From positions 410,440,001 through 410,504,000 of the forward strand of contig NW_027362769.1 of the NCBI RefSeq assembly GCF_046119375.1: DNA of 64,000 nt, written 5' to 3'. This DNA is from Phyllobates terribilis (Eukaryota). Below the pieces are notes generated by a model. The model was not told the DNA's origin. It saw only the letters and a list, made by a program, of their open reading frames with translations, and did not search any database. Below, one piece after another: positions 12,601 to 24,600 of the stretch; the first letter of the stretch is position 1; each line of letters begins with the position of its first letter. The position numbers and the translations under genes were made by a program.

Positions 12601-15600
12601 TCCTGTCTGTTCCGTGTGAACAGAGGCCTGTCCCCCCTACTCAGCCTAGCCTGCTCTGACTCCTTTGCTCACCGCTCCGGCGGTTCTAGCCTGCTCTGAC
12701 TCCTTTGCTCACCGCTCCGGCGGTTCTAGTCTGCTCTGACTCCTTTGCTTACCGCTCCGGCGGTTCTAGCCTGCTCTGACTCCTTGCTCACTGCTCCGGC
12801 AGTCCTGTCCTGCCCTGCTTCTGCCCGCTGCTCCGGCAGTCCTGTCCTGCCCTGCTTCTGCCCGCTGCTCCGGCAGTCCTGTCCTGCCCTGCTTCTGCCC
12901 GCTGCTCCGGCAGTCCTGTCCTGCCCTGCTTCTGCCCGCTGCTCCGGCAGTCCTGTCCTGCCCTGCTTCTGCCCGCTGCTCCGGCAGTCCTGTCCTGCCC
13001 TGCTTCTGCCCGCTGCTCCGGCAGTCCTGTCCTGCCCTGCTTCTGCCCGCTGCTCCGGCAGTCCTGTCCTGCCCTGCTTCTGCCCGCTGCTCCGGCAGTC
13101 CTGTCCTGCCCTGCTTGTGCTCGCTGCTCCTGCAGCCCTGTCCTGCTCTGTTCTTGCCCACCGCTTCGGGCGTTCCCTCTCTGCTGTGGTTGTCTACCGC
13201 ATCTGCGGTTCTGTGACCCAGTCTGTACTGGGTCTTAACCTTTCTGTGCTCCAGCCCGTCCTTTCGGCCAGTACCTCCCTGCCTGCATACTCGCCTGTAT
13301 CCACCCATCTGCATACCTGCCGTGTTTGCTTATATCCACCAGTCTGTGCCTGCCTAACCTGCCTGTTCCTGAGTCCCAGTGTGTACTGGGTCCTATCCCG
13401 CCTGTGTTCCTACCTGCTAGTGCCTCCCTGTCTGCACTCTAGCTGCGCTTGCCTTTACCCGCCTGCCTGCATACCAGTCGTGCCTGCCTATACCCTCCAG
13501 TCTGTGCGCCAGCCTAACCAGCCTGATCCAGTAATCCCTGTGTGGGTCAACCCCCGTGTCCGGAGTTTGACCTGGAGTAGCACCTGGTCCCTCTGCCCGG
13601 TTTCTCCCTGGTGCACTGGCGTCGTATGCCGTCGTGCCATCTTGGTCGGATCGGCCAGATACTTAGTCACGCCCCTCCAGGCACTCTCCGGTTCATGGTC
13701 CAGTGGAATCACTACAATCACACGCACACGCCGCTCAGCCCGGGCGTGTGCATAACAGCATGCTCAGGCCATGGTTCCCGTTGAGCCCCACGGCCTTCGC
13801 TCTCTGAGAAGTTTTCCAGCGACTACATGCATTAAAATAAATAAATAAACATTTTTTTTTTCCTTTAGCTGAGTTCCAGGCGAATTACACACCCGTCCAG
13901 ATGGATCTATCTGCTCTCGTTCCTGCGGATCCGCTACGTTATTATGGGGATCCAAGACAAAGTCGTGCATTTGTGGAGCAATGCATGCTACACTTCAAGT
14001 TCTACCCTCTATGTTTTCCCACCGATCGGGTTAAGGTGGCATTCATTATGTCTTACCTGGCGGGTGATGCCTTGGAATGGATCAACCCCCTATATGAAAC
14101 ACAGGATCCGATCCTCCTGGACCTAATGGCCTTCCTGGTGGCCTTTCTAATGGTCTTCGATGATCCTAACCCGGAGGCTCCTGCTGAAGCTTCACTTCCC
14201 AATATCCCGGAGCAGCCCCAATGGGTAATGTGTGTGGGTAGCGCAATAGTCCTCCAGCCCAATGAGACTACTGCCCACCCAGAATCCTCACAGGGTGACT
14301 ACGCTTTCCGGAATACTTCTCCCAACCTCAAGAGGCAGTCCAGACGTGCTAGACGTAGAGGCAAGCCGTCACGCCAGGGTCTGTCCTCCCTGAGACCTCC
14401 TGACCCCAACCTTGAAGTCCCTACTGAAGCTTCATCTCCCTGTATCCCGGAGAAGCCCCAACGGGTAATGTGCGTGGGTAGTGCACCAGTTCTCCTGCCC
14501 GAAGAGACTTCTGCCCATCCAGACTCCACACAGGAGAACTTCCTGCACCCGGCATCAGATGCTTCACCCACTTTAACCGGTGTGCATGTCCAAGGATGCT
14601 CCAAAGCTGTGGTTACCTCAGAGTCTGTGCACCTCTACTACCTGGCGGAGGACCCCCTGTTGCCTCCTGAATCCTCCGGGATACCACTCGATGACAAATG
14701 GAGAGAGACTTCTCTACACCCAGTACTCGATACTTTGTCCGCTTCGTCCTGTGAGCCTGACAATGGGTACCCCAAAGTGGTAGTTACCCCCGAGTCTCTA
14801 CACCCCTCCGACCAAGCGGAGGACCTCCAGTTGTCTCCTGGACCCTTCGGGGTGCTACCTGGTAGCGAAAGGACAGAGACTCTCCTATACTCTGTACCTG
14901 ATACCTCGCTCGCTTCGTCCAGTGAGTCCAACCTAGTGTACTCCGAAGCAGAGGTTACTCCTGAGTCTCTACACCCCTCCGACCAGGCGGAGGACCTCCA
15001 GTTGTCTACAGAACCCTTCGGGGTGCTACCTGGTAGCGAAAGGACAGAGACTCTCCTATACTCTGTACCTGATACCTCGCTCGCTTCGTCCACTGAGTCC
15101 AACCTAGTGTACTCCGAAGCAGTGGTTACTCCCGAGTCTCTACACCCCTCTGACCAGGCGGAGGACCTCCAGTTGTCTCCAGAACCCTTCGGGGTGCCAC
15201 CTGGTGGTGAATGGACAGAGACTTTCCTATATCCTGGATCTGATACCTCGCTTGCTTCTTCCAGTGAGTCCGACCTAGTGTACTCTGAAGCAGAGGTTAC
15301 CCGTGAGTCTCTACACCCCTCTGACCAGGTGGAGGACCTCCAGTTGTCTCCAGAACCCTTCGGGGTGCCACCTGGTGGTGAATGGACAGAGACTTTCCTA
15401 TACTCGGTACCCGATACCTCGCCTGCTTCGTCCAGTGAGTCCGACCTAGTGTACTCTGAAGCAGATGTTTTCTCTGAGCCTCGGCACTCTTCTGACCCGG
15501 CGGAGGACCTCCAGTTGTTTCCTGAATCCTCCGGGGTACCACCAGATAACAAAGAGACAGTGACTTTTCCTTATTATGTACCTGATAACCCATCTATTTC

Positions 15601-18600
15601 TTCCTGTGAGCTTGACAAGATGTACCTCGAAGCAGAGATTACCCCCAAGTCTCTGTCCCCCTCCAACCCGGTGGAGGACTTCCAGTTGTCTCCTGTACCC
15701 TCTGGGGTGCCACCTGAAAATATGTGGAGAGAGACTTCCTTGTGTGCTGTTCCTGGTACTCCACCCGTTTCGTCTGTTGCTAAGGGTGGCTGGATGGGAG
15801 GTAGCATCCTAGCTAACCAGAGGAGACCAGTTTTTCCGGTGGACAGTGGAAGTGATCTCTTCGAAGTGAAGAATTGGCCCTCGAATTCCCTGCGGAAGAT
15901 TCTGGCAGGCCTGAAGAAGAGGGGGCGTAAGGGGGGGGGTACTGTAACATACCTGGCGGCGTCCTTGCATAGTGGTCCATCTCCCACTGTGCAAGAGCGC
16001 GCACTTGATCTCCTGTCCAGAATGTCTCTCTGGCTTTCCTCCTTGCTGTCTGTTTGTCTGTTTTGGCTGCATAGGGCGACGCCCGCTGAACTTCCTGTTT
16101 CTTGTACCTGTTGCGGACACGCCCCTGTTGCACCTTCAGCCTATTGCTGTCCATCTTTGGGTATTTATACCACCTTCTTCCTCAAGATGGCGCCTGAGCA
16201 TAGTGTTTCTTTCAGTGTGTGCTTGCACTCTGAAGGTGCCAGGTCCCGTTCTGTGTTCTCTTGTCTGCCTATCCTGGAGGCTGTATTTCCAGACCTGTCT
16301 GAACACGCTCCTAGCCTGTTCCTCCTGCCTTCTAGGGGCCGATTACCTAGACCTGTTCCTGTATCTTGTCTGACCTGTCTGAACACGCTCCTAGCCTGTT
16401 CCTCTCGCCTTCTAGGGGCTGATTACCTAGACCCGCTCCTGTATCTTGTCTGTCCTGTCTGAACACGCTCCTTGCCTGTTCGTCCTGCCTCTCTGGGGGC
16501 CGTATTCCCAGACCCGCTCCTGTATCCCGCTGCAGTGTCGGTCTCCTCCGTACACTCAGTTCCAGTCTGAACTCTCTCCTATCCTTTAACTGTTTTGCCT
16601 CTATGTCCGTTCCCTTCCTTTTTCTGCAGAGTCTGAACTCGTACCTAACTCCTGCTTGTTGTCTCTGTACTCCCGTTTGTGAGTTTGTGGTCCACTCGCT
16701 ACTTCACTGCAAGTACCCTGTGGGTGTCTGGCTCTGCCTTTCCCTTCCTGTCTGTTCCGTGTGAACAGAGGCCTGTCCCCCCTACTCAGCCTAGCCTGCT
16801 CTGACTCCTTTGCTCACCGCTCCGGCGGTTCTAGCCTGCTCTGACTCCTTTGCTCACCGCTCCGGCGGTTCTAGTCTGCTCTGACTCCTTTGCTTACCGC
16901 TCCGGCGGTTCTAGCCTGCTCTGACTCCTTGCTCACTGCTCCGGCAGTCCTGTCCTGCCCTGCTTCTGCCCGCTGCTCCAGCAGTCCTGTCCTGCCCTGC
17001 TTCTGCCCGCTGCTCCGGCAGTCCTGTCCTGCCCTGCTTCTGCCCGCTGCTCCGGCAGTCCTGTCCTGCCCTGCTTCTGCCCGCTGCTCCGGCAGTCCTG
17101 TCCTGCCCTGCTTCTGCCCGCTGCTCCGGCAGTCCTGTCCTGCCCTGCTTCTGCCCGCTGCTCCGGCAGTCCTGTCCTGCCCTGCTTCTGCCCGCTGCTC
17201 CGGCAGTCCTGTCCTGCCCTGCTTCTGCCCGCTGCTCCGGCAGTCCTGTCCTGCCCTGCTTCTGCCCGCTGCTCCGGCAGTCCTGTCCTGCCCTGCTTGT
17301 GCTCGCTGCTCCTGCAGCCCTGTCCTGCTCTGTTCTTGCCCACCGCTTCGGGCGTTCCCTCTCTGCTGTGGTTGTCTACCGCATCTGCGGTTCTGTGACC
17401 CAGTCTGTACTGGGTCTTAACCTTTCTGTGCTCCAGCCCGTCCTTTCGGCCAGTACCTCCCTGCCTGCATACTCGCCTGTATCCACCCATCTGCATACCT
17501 GCCGTGTTTGCTTATATCCACCAGTCTGTGCCTGCCTAACCTGCCTGTTCCTGAGTCCCAGTGTGTACTGGGTCCTATCCCGCCTGTGTTCCTACCTGCT
17601 AGTGCCTCCCTGTCTGCACTCTAGCTGCGCTTGCCTTTACCCGCCTGCCTGCATACCAGTCGTGCCTGCCTATACCCTCCAGTCTGTGCGCCAGCCTAAC
17701 CAGCCTGATCCAGTAATCCCTGTGTGGGTCAACCCCCGTGTCCGGAGTTTGACCTGGAGTAGCACCTGGTCCCTCTGCCCGGTTTCTCCCTGGTGCACTG
17801 GCGTCGTATGCCGTCGTGCCATCTTGGTCGGATCGGCCAGATACTTAGTCACGCCCCTCCAGGCACTCTCCGGTTCATGGTCCAGTGGAATCACTACAAT
17901 CACACGCACACGCCGCTCAGCCCGGGCGTGTGCATAACACTTATTCTTAGCTCTACATCTAATAATAATTATAAAACTTAACCTAACCCTAAAACTAAAC
18001 CCTAACAGAGATGAACAAATCTCCAGAAATTAGTTTTGGGCAGATTCGCTAGAATCGTCGGGCAGATTCGTTCTAATGGGCCCCTCATTACCTTTTATTA
18101 TTCTCTGAGGTCTCTATAGAACTCAAAGCCCATGAAACTGAGGGCGGAGAAGGGGTGAACAGTAATAAAAGATTACACTGACCAGTTGAAAACCTGCCGC
18201 CCACCTCTCCTGCCACCGCAGCGCACCACTTTGTCCTCGGCTTTGGACTGTGTAATTGGTCTTCAGTATTCTGGTACTAAAAGGTCAATAACGTGCAGAC
18301 ATGTCGCTCAACATGAAATGAGGTCTAGTCGGTGCCAGAAGACTGAAGAATGATCACCTTTAAAGAGCTAGAAAGCAAGGATCGGGCGGGGATCTGCGGC
18401 AGCAGGACAGGTGAGGATAAGATTTATTTATACGAATCCTGAAAAATTTAAATTCTGGCAAATTCCAAATTTTTAAGGAATTTGTAACTAGTGTGATAAT
18501 GAATTTGATTCCCTCTTCTCTACATGCAGTATAATCCTGCCCTTAATCCTAATCCTAACAATGTATCTAACCCTAACACTAAATCAGATTCCAACCCCAA

Positions 18601-21600
18601 CCTATTACCCCAATTCCAACACTGAATTTAGCGCTAATTTTAATTTTAAACGGAATCCCAACCCTTATCCTACAGGTAACCCAATCCTAGCACTAAAACT
18701 AATCCTGACCCTAACCCTACTAGCAACCCTAACCTAAGCAGAAAATCTAATCGCAACCTGAATTCTACATCTAATCCTAACACTAACCCACGCTGATCCT
18801 TAACCTCACACCTAGCTGAAATCGTAGTGGTTGTCAGTGCAGTTCCTCCGGACAATGGTTCTTCTACAAGTCATTTTCTTGGGTGGTTTCTATCTTACCC
18901 AGGGTCGTAGACAGTTGCAGCAGCTCCTCGTCGTACAGACTGTCTGTCACATCAGTAATGTTGACTCTGCCCTTTTTCTTGGTGTGATAGAGGATCCCGA
19001 ATGTGCAGTGGGACAAGTCCTCACTCATCTGCTGGAAACCATCGTTGGAGATGAAACATGGCCGGACACCTAGGACGTGGTCTCTGAACTCCTCAGTTTT
19101 CAGCAGAGCCTTCAGCCAAGAGTAATCTCTTTCCGCTGAACTTGAGAAAATCCCAACGTTATATTTTGTCCCAAACACAACCTTGAAATGAAAAAGACAT
19201 TAAAATATTAACGGGCAACTAAAAGAGGACTGCAGACTGCACCGGGTCTCTACGACTCTACTAAGGTCTCAAGCTCCTTCATGGAGGGGGCACCAATATT
19301 TCACCAGTGGTTAGAACTATAGCCCTGCAGCGCTGGGCTCCTGGGTTCAATCCCACCAAGGACAACATCTGCAAGGGGTTTTTATGTTCTCCCCGTATTT
19401 GTGTGGATTTCCTTCAGGTTCTCTGGTTTCCTCCCACACGCTAAGACATTCTGATAGGGAATTTAGGCTGTCAGCCCCAAAAGGGACAGTGATGATGATA
19501 ATGTTTTGTATAGCGCTTTGGAATTAATGGCGCTATATAAGTTAGGAAAATAAATAAATAAAAATATATCTACCTGTTTGGAAATGTCGGCCTGATAACC
19601 TGTAGAGCAAAAAGAAATTCAAGTGAAGAAATGCAAGTAAAATGGTTGAAATATTACTGCTTACTACTAGAACCTGTATTGGAAATACTACTACTATCAG
19701 GCCAAGGAGCTTTGGAGATGGTCAAAACCAACTATTTTTTTTTCAAGCGCAAACTGGTTCCTTCTATGTGAAGTTTTTGGAGGAGTTTTGAAAAGTTTTT
19801 GAAGAGTTTTCTATTTTTGCTTTTCCTTAGTTTTTTATGTAGCCTTATGATTGGACGGGGCCTAGTTTAGAGCAGATTCCATCACAAGATGTTTCAAAGA
19901 AGTGACATGTAGTTTCTTTTTTTTTTTCCCAAATGGTATTTTACAAAATCAAAAACGGAAAAGAAAAAAAGCTCAAAAAATGAACATGTGAACAGAAAAG
20001 TGGTTTTACAAAAGAAATAAATAGGAAATGTTTTGGCGCAGCTCAAAATAATCTCCGCCTGCACATAGTCTCGCTCTAACCCCTGCCAAAAAATGATGAA
20101 AAGTTCAAAATTATGGATTCACTGGGATTTTTCACTTCCTGATAAATCTACATAGGACAGATCAGAACTTTTTGCTTCTTGAAATTTTTCTCAAGCTCAT
20201 GAAAGTCAAATATTTGTATTAATGGCTGATGTTTCACCAGATCGTTGGTCGCCACCAATGATAAATATTCTACATTTTTCTTCTTTCGAGTCTCTCGATG
20301 AGCTGGTGATCGATCAGCTCTGCAGATTGGAGCCATTATTTTGATTTACTGACTTTGTGTTGGATTTCCATCTTAAGAGAGTTGTATGATCCTTTCCATT
20401 GTTACAATGAACGTCTCTGGCTGGTATTAAGGATGAAGTTAATATCCAGACACAATGGGCTCATAGAGGACCCAAAAATGATAATAGATGACGATAGATG
20501 TAGGGTTCCCCATCCTTATGTAGCGCCCTGAGGGCTCGGCTGCTACAGGGGTATTGCACCTCAAACCAGAGGTGTGATATTCCACTCCCGGGTAAGGATG
20601 GAGTGTGGACCAGGACTCGTTAGGCTGCATGCACCACACACACCCCATTTCCGAGGGACAGGTCAACGGTGCTCCCACGAGACAGGAGTGCAGGCACGAC
20701 AGCATCTGTCCCTGTCTGGAGTGGGGAGGGGAAGGAAAACCCAGTGGTGTAGGAGCAGATAGGGGTGGGTCTCTGGGCAAAGGTAGGAGCCCATTGGTTG
20801 CTAGTCACCTGGGCTCACACATAAGGGAGGTATATAAGGTGGGCACCATCTTAGGACAGGGTCCAGTTCAGTGCAGTCTGTGAGGAGAGCAGACAGGGAG
20901 CAGCAGCTCAGGCTGGGTGCTGCTCCAGAGGCAGGCCTAGAGAAGAGGCCGGAGCCTGAGAGGAGAAGGAGAAGTAGGAACTGGAACTGGAACAGAAAGG
21001 AGATAAGGGAACTGGAACACAGAGAAAGGCCCAGAGACACGAGGACAGAAGGAACCCCATAGGCCCAGGAGATTGCGGGTGAAGGGTTGGCAGAGCAGGG
21101 TACCGGAACCCAAATTGGTGGAGGTAACAGATTCCTCAGCCAAAGACCGGAGGTTGTGACCACATCTTGGTGCGACCCCTCACTACATCCACCAGGAAAG
21201 CATACCACATAAGGTCAGGGAAACCGGAGATAGGTTTCGCCAAGAGAAGGCCCGAGGGAGCTGGACAAAGGTGGGTCACTGGTGAGGACGGCCAGAGAAG
21301 GGAAGAGAAGGGAGCCCTGTGCCACGCTCTGGAATTGCCTGGGAGTTGGTCGAGCCCCCTGCCTGGTGGACGCAGCACGGCTTGGGCAGTCATCGCCTGC
21401 AGGATTGACACGAATAACAACTGTGAGTAAAGCATTGGAAACTGCAGCCCCACGTCTCTGTGTTTCATCGCCGCACCAGCACCATCAGTATTGGGACGCT
21501 CAAACCATCACTCCCATCATCCACACAAGCTGCCCTGAGGCAATACTCCTCCCGTGGGGAGTTATCCCATACTTGGCTGCGCATACAACATCAGCCTCAG

Positions 21601-24600
21601 CAGTCTGCAGCGCAGCGGCGGTCCCCACTGACCGCAATCCACGGGTGGCGTAGTCGGACAATTATCATAATACTAAGACTGCCACTGGTTTGACCACCCT
21701 GAGCCACGGACCGGGTCGCTGCCACACTGAGACTACTACCCCCCAGCATCCCACCAGAGGACCGGTTCCGGATTCCCCACGCGGCCCAGGGGGCGAGTTA
21801 ACTTTTGGCGTAGTCGGCAGGATCTTTACCAACCCGCCACAAGCGGGTATTGCGTGCCTGAAGAAGATTGTGCATGTACCTTGAAAAGGAGTCTCCCGCC
21901 ATTTCCAGAAGTTTCCCGCCATCAGGGGCCGATTCCTGCCATCAGACGCCATCTTGGACCGTTTCCCGCCATCTTCATCCGTTTTTCCCGCCCTGGCAGA
22001 GCGGACGCCATTATGTGCGCACCAAAAGACAGCAGGAAGCTGCCTCCCATCGTGGGCCAGGTCTCGGAATGGCGCCAAAGAAGGAGCCCGCCCCCACCAG
22101 CCATGAATGCAGCAGTGGAGATGTCCATCAACGTGGGGGGGCTGCCCCTAAAGGTGATTGTCAGCAGATGCCCCCAAGACCACCCCCCATGGGGGCGGAT
22201 AGGAAATAAAACTGTGGGGCCGGGCGCGGCCTGGATCAGTCTGGACCTGCTGCACCCGGAGATGGAGGGAGCAACGAACCCCACCAGCACCCTGGCCCGC
22301 AGCCTACTGCAAGCTGAGCCACCCTGCAGCCTGACAGAGTTGCTGGCACAGCTGCCCAGAGACCCGGCCTGCGCGCGAGCTGCGCTTTAGGATCTGAATC
22401 AGAGGATGGTCCGGGCGCAGCAAGATGTGTTTCCGGGTGGAAGGAGGAGTTGGCCCGGCAGCACGAAAACAGCCAGCGGAGGACCCCGCAAGGACCGAGC
22501 AGCGCGCCTGCTGCCGAGCGCGGTGAAGATGGACCGGCGGCAGCGGACGACGCCGCGGAGGAGGCAACGGAGGCCGAGGCAGGTAACGGGGATGCCACCA
22601 CTCTACGCCCTGAGATCACCAGCCTGCCCCCACCCTCCGTTGCGGGATCCGAAGACCCGGGGACCGAACCTGACATCACGCCTCCACCGCCGCCAGCTAG
22701 GCCTCAGGCTGCAGGCGTCGCTTACACGCCCCGCCCCGCGCTGTGCCCTCTGAACCCAGGCGCCGTAAAGCAGGAGACGTCACCGGCCAGGATGCAAGGC
22801 CTAGTACACCCGGGCGCCGCTGCCTCACCAGCGCCCCCTACCGTGACTGTGCCATCCCTGGGTGCGACCATCAGGCGACCACCGGCCTGGTCGCAAGGCC
22901 GAGTGCCCCGGGTGCTGCTCCCCAAAGGGGGTCCCATGCAATACCACCCCTGGGCGCGGATCTCTTCGCCCAGCATACGGACCCAGATGGAATGCCCCTG
23001 GTGTGGCCGGCCAAACTGACCAGCGGTCAGCCCTGGAGAGCTCCACCCCTGCGTGAGCCTCTGATACCGGCTCCGGATCCCACGGAAGTCGCCCCGCCCC
23101 CACTACAAGAAACACAGGCGGACGCAGATCGTCACCTGGACTGCTGCCGTCAACAGCTGGCCACCTATGAAAGGGAGCGGCGGCAGAGGCGCATCAGGGA
23201 GGAGCGACTCCAAGCCCGGAGCGCAGAGCAGAAGAGGAGAGCCCGTCAGGACTCCCAAGCCATCCGCGGTCCATGAGCGACCAGAACCATAGTAAAGTTC
23301 CAGCTGGAGCACGACTGGGGCTTCATAAGAGACCCGGAGGCTGACACCGACGTCTTCGTCACCAGGAGAGACGTCGAAAGCCACTTGCCAGAGGGACATC
23401 ACGGCCGTGACCTGTACCCCGGCGACGGGGTCACCTACACCCGGCACAAGGGCGCAAAGGGACTGTACGCCCTCCATGTCCACCGTCTAACGGAGGAGGA
23501 GCTGCGGTACCGCCCAGACATGGACTACCCAGAGGGTCCGGACGGACCTGAAGACTACCCGGAAGAGCGAGGAGGACACCGTTACCAGTGAACAGTAAAA
23601 TTGTAACTGTATATAGTTACCCGTCTGGGTACAAGGACTGTTTTTGGAACTGTTCCCGGTTTTGAAAGTGTGGTCCCCGTTGGGACAAATAGTGAACTGT
23701 TGACTGTTTAAAAATAGCCCCTAATCCCTAACCAGGCTGAGGACTGTGAGCAGCCATTCCCCCTTGCCAAAACTGGCCGAGGACTGAGAGCAGCCATCCT
23801 GTAAATAGTTGCGCTTCTTAAAGCGCCCCCTACTGGTTTTATAGAAGAACTGCAATGTCTACCTCAAGACGGATTAAATGGACTGTTGCACTTAAAAGAA
23901 GAGTGAGCACCTGGTCACAAGTTGCACCGCGGCCAGGATTCAAGAATGTGTTTTGAGAATGTTTTCCTTGCGAATGTTTTATAATGAAAAAAGTTTTATA
24001 TGCTGCTAGAGTAATAATGCAAATGTTTTATGTGATGTTTTATATGATAAAAGAGTACCAGTAACGTTGAAAGGGAAAAGTGCCTCCCATAAAGGGATGG
24101 GTTAATAGTTATTGTCTTATATACGAATGCATTCTAAAATTTTTGTATGTTTTAAATTGTTTTTGCTCTTTTCCAGCCCAAGGACGTGCTGTGATTTACC
24201 AGGGGGGAATGTAGCACCCCGAGGGCTCGGCTGCTACAGGGGTATTGCACCTCAAACCACAGGTGTGATATTCCACTCCCGGGTAAGGATGGAGTGTGGA
24301 CCAGGACTCGTTAGGCTGCATGCACCACACACACCCCATTTCCGAGGGACAGGTCAACGGTGCTCCCACGAGACAGGAGTGCAGGCACGACCGACTATGT
24401 CCCTGCCTGGAGTGGGGAGGGTAAGGAAAACCCAGTGGTGTAGGAGCAGATAGGGGTGGGTCTCTGGGCAAAGGTAGGAGCCCATTGGTGGCTAGTCACC
24501 TGGGCTCACACATAAGGGAGGTATATAAGGTGGGCACCATCTTAGGACAGGGTCCAGTTCAGTGCAGTCTGTGAGGAGAGCAGACAGGGAGCAGCAGCTC

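Larger units (their letters stand above)
11798..17939 (+). mobile_element. Non-autonomous sushi/chromovirus-type LTR element (no pol), very young
   Basis: LTRs 11798-13757 and 15943-17939 (TG...CA); 5-bp TSD CTTAT (11793-97 / 17940-44); G-rich PPT before 15943; only about 3 substitutions seen between LTRs plus one extra 37-bp unit. Confidence 0.95.

Noticed and set aside
11820-13755. Cys/Leu/Pro-rich ORFs in the LTRs (also 16890-17937, 33075-34271, 46560-47558)
   Set aside because: They lie within LTRs and their VNTRs, are duplicated with the LTR and show no domain signature.
14638-15552. 304-aa antisense ORF
   Set aside because: Mirror of the 171-bp repeats of the sense ORF; no independent evidence.
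19296-19360. tRNA gene (also ~63060-63125)
   Set aside because: Only a degenerate tRNA-like head with B-box, attached to SINE body and tail; no full cloverleaf.
20148-20336. 62-aa minus-strand ORF as an additional exon
   Set aside because: Poor polypyrimidine tract and not needed to maintain frame.
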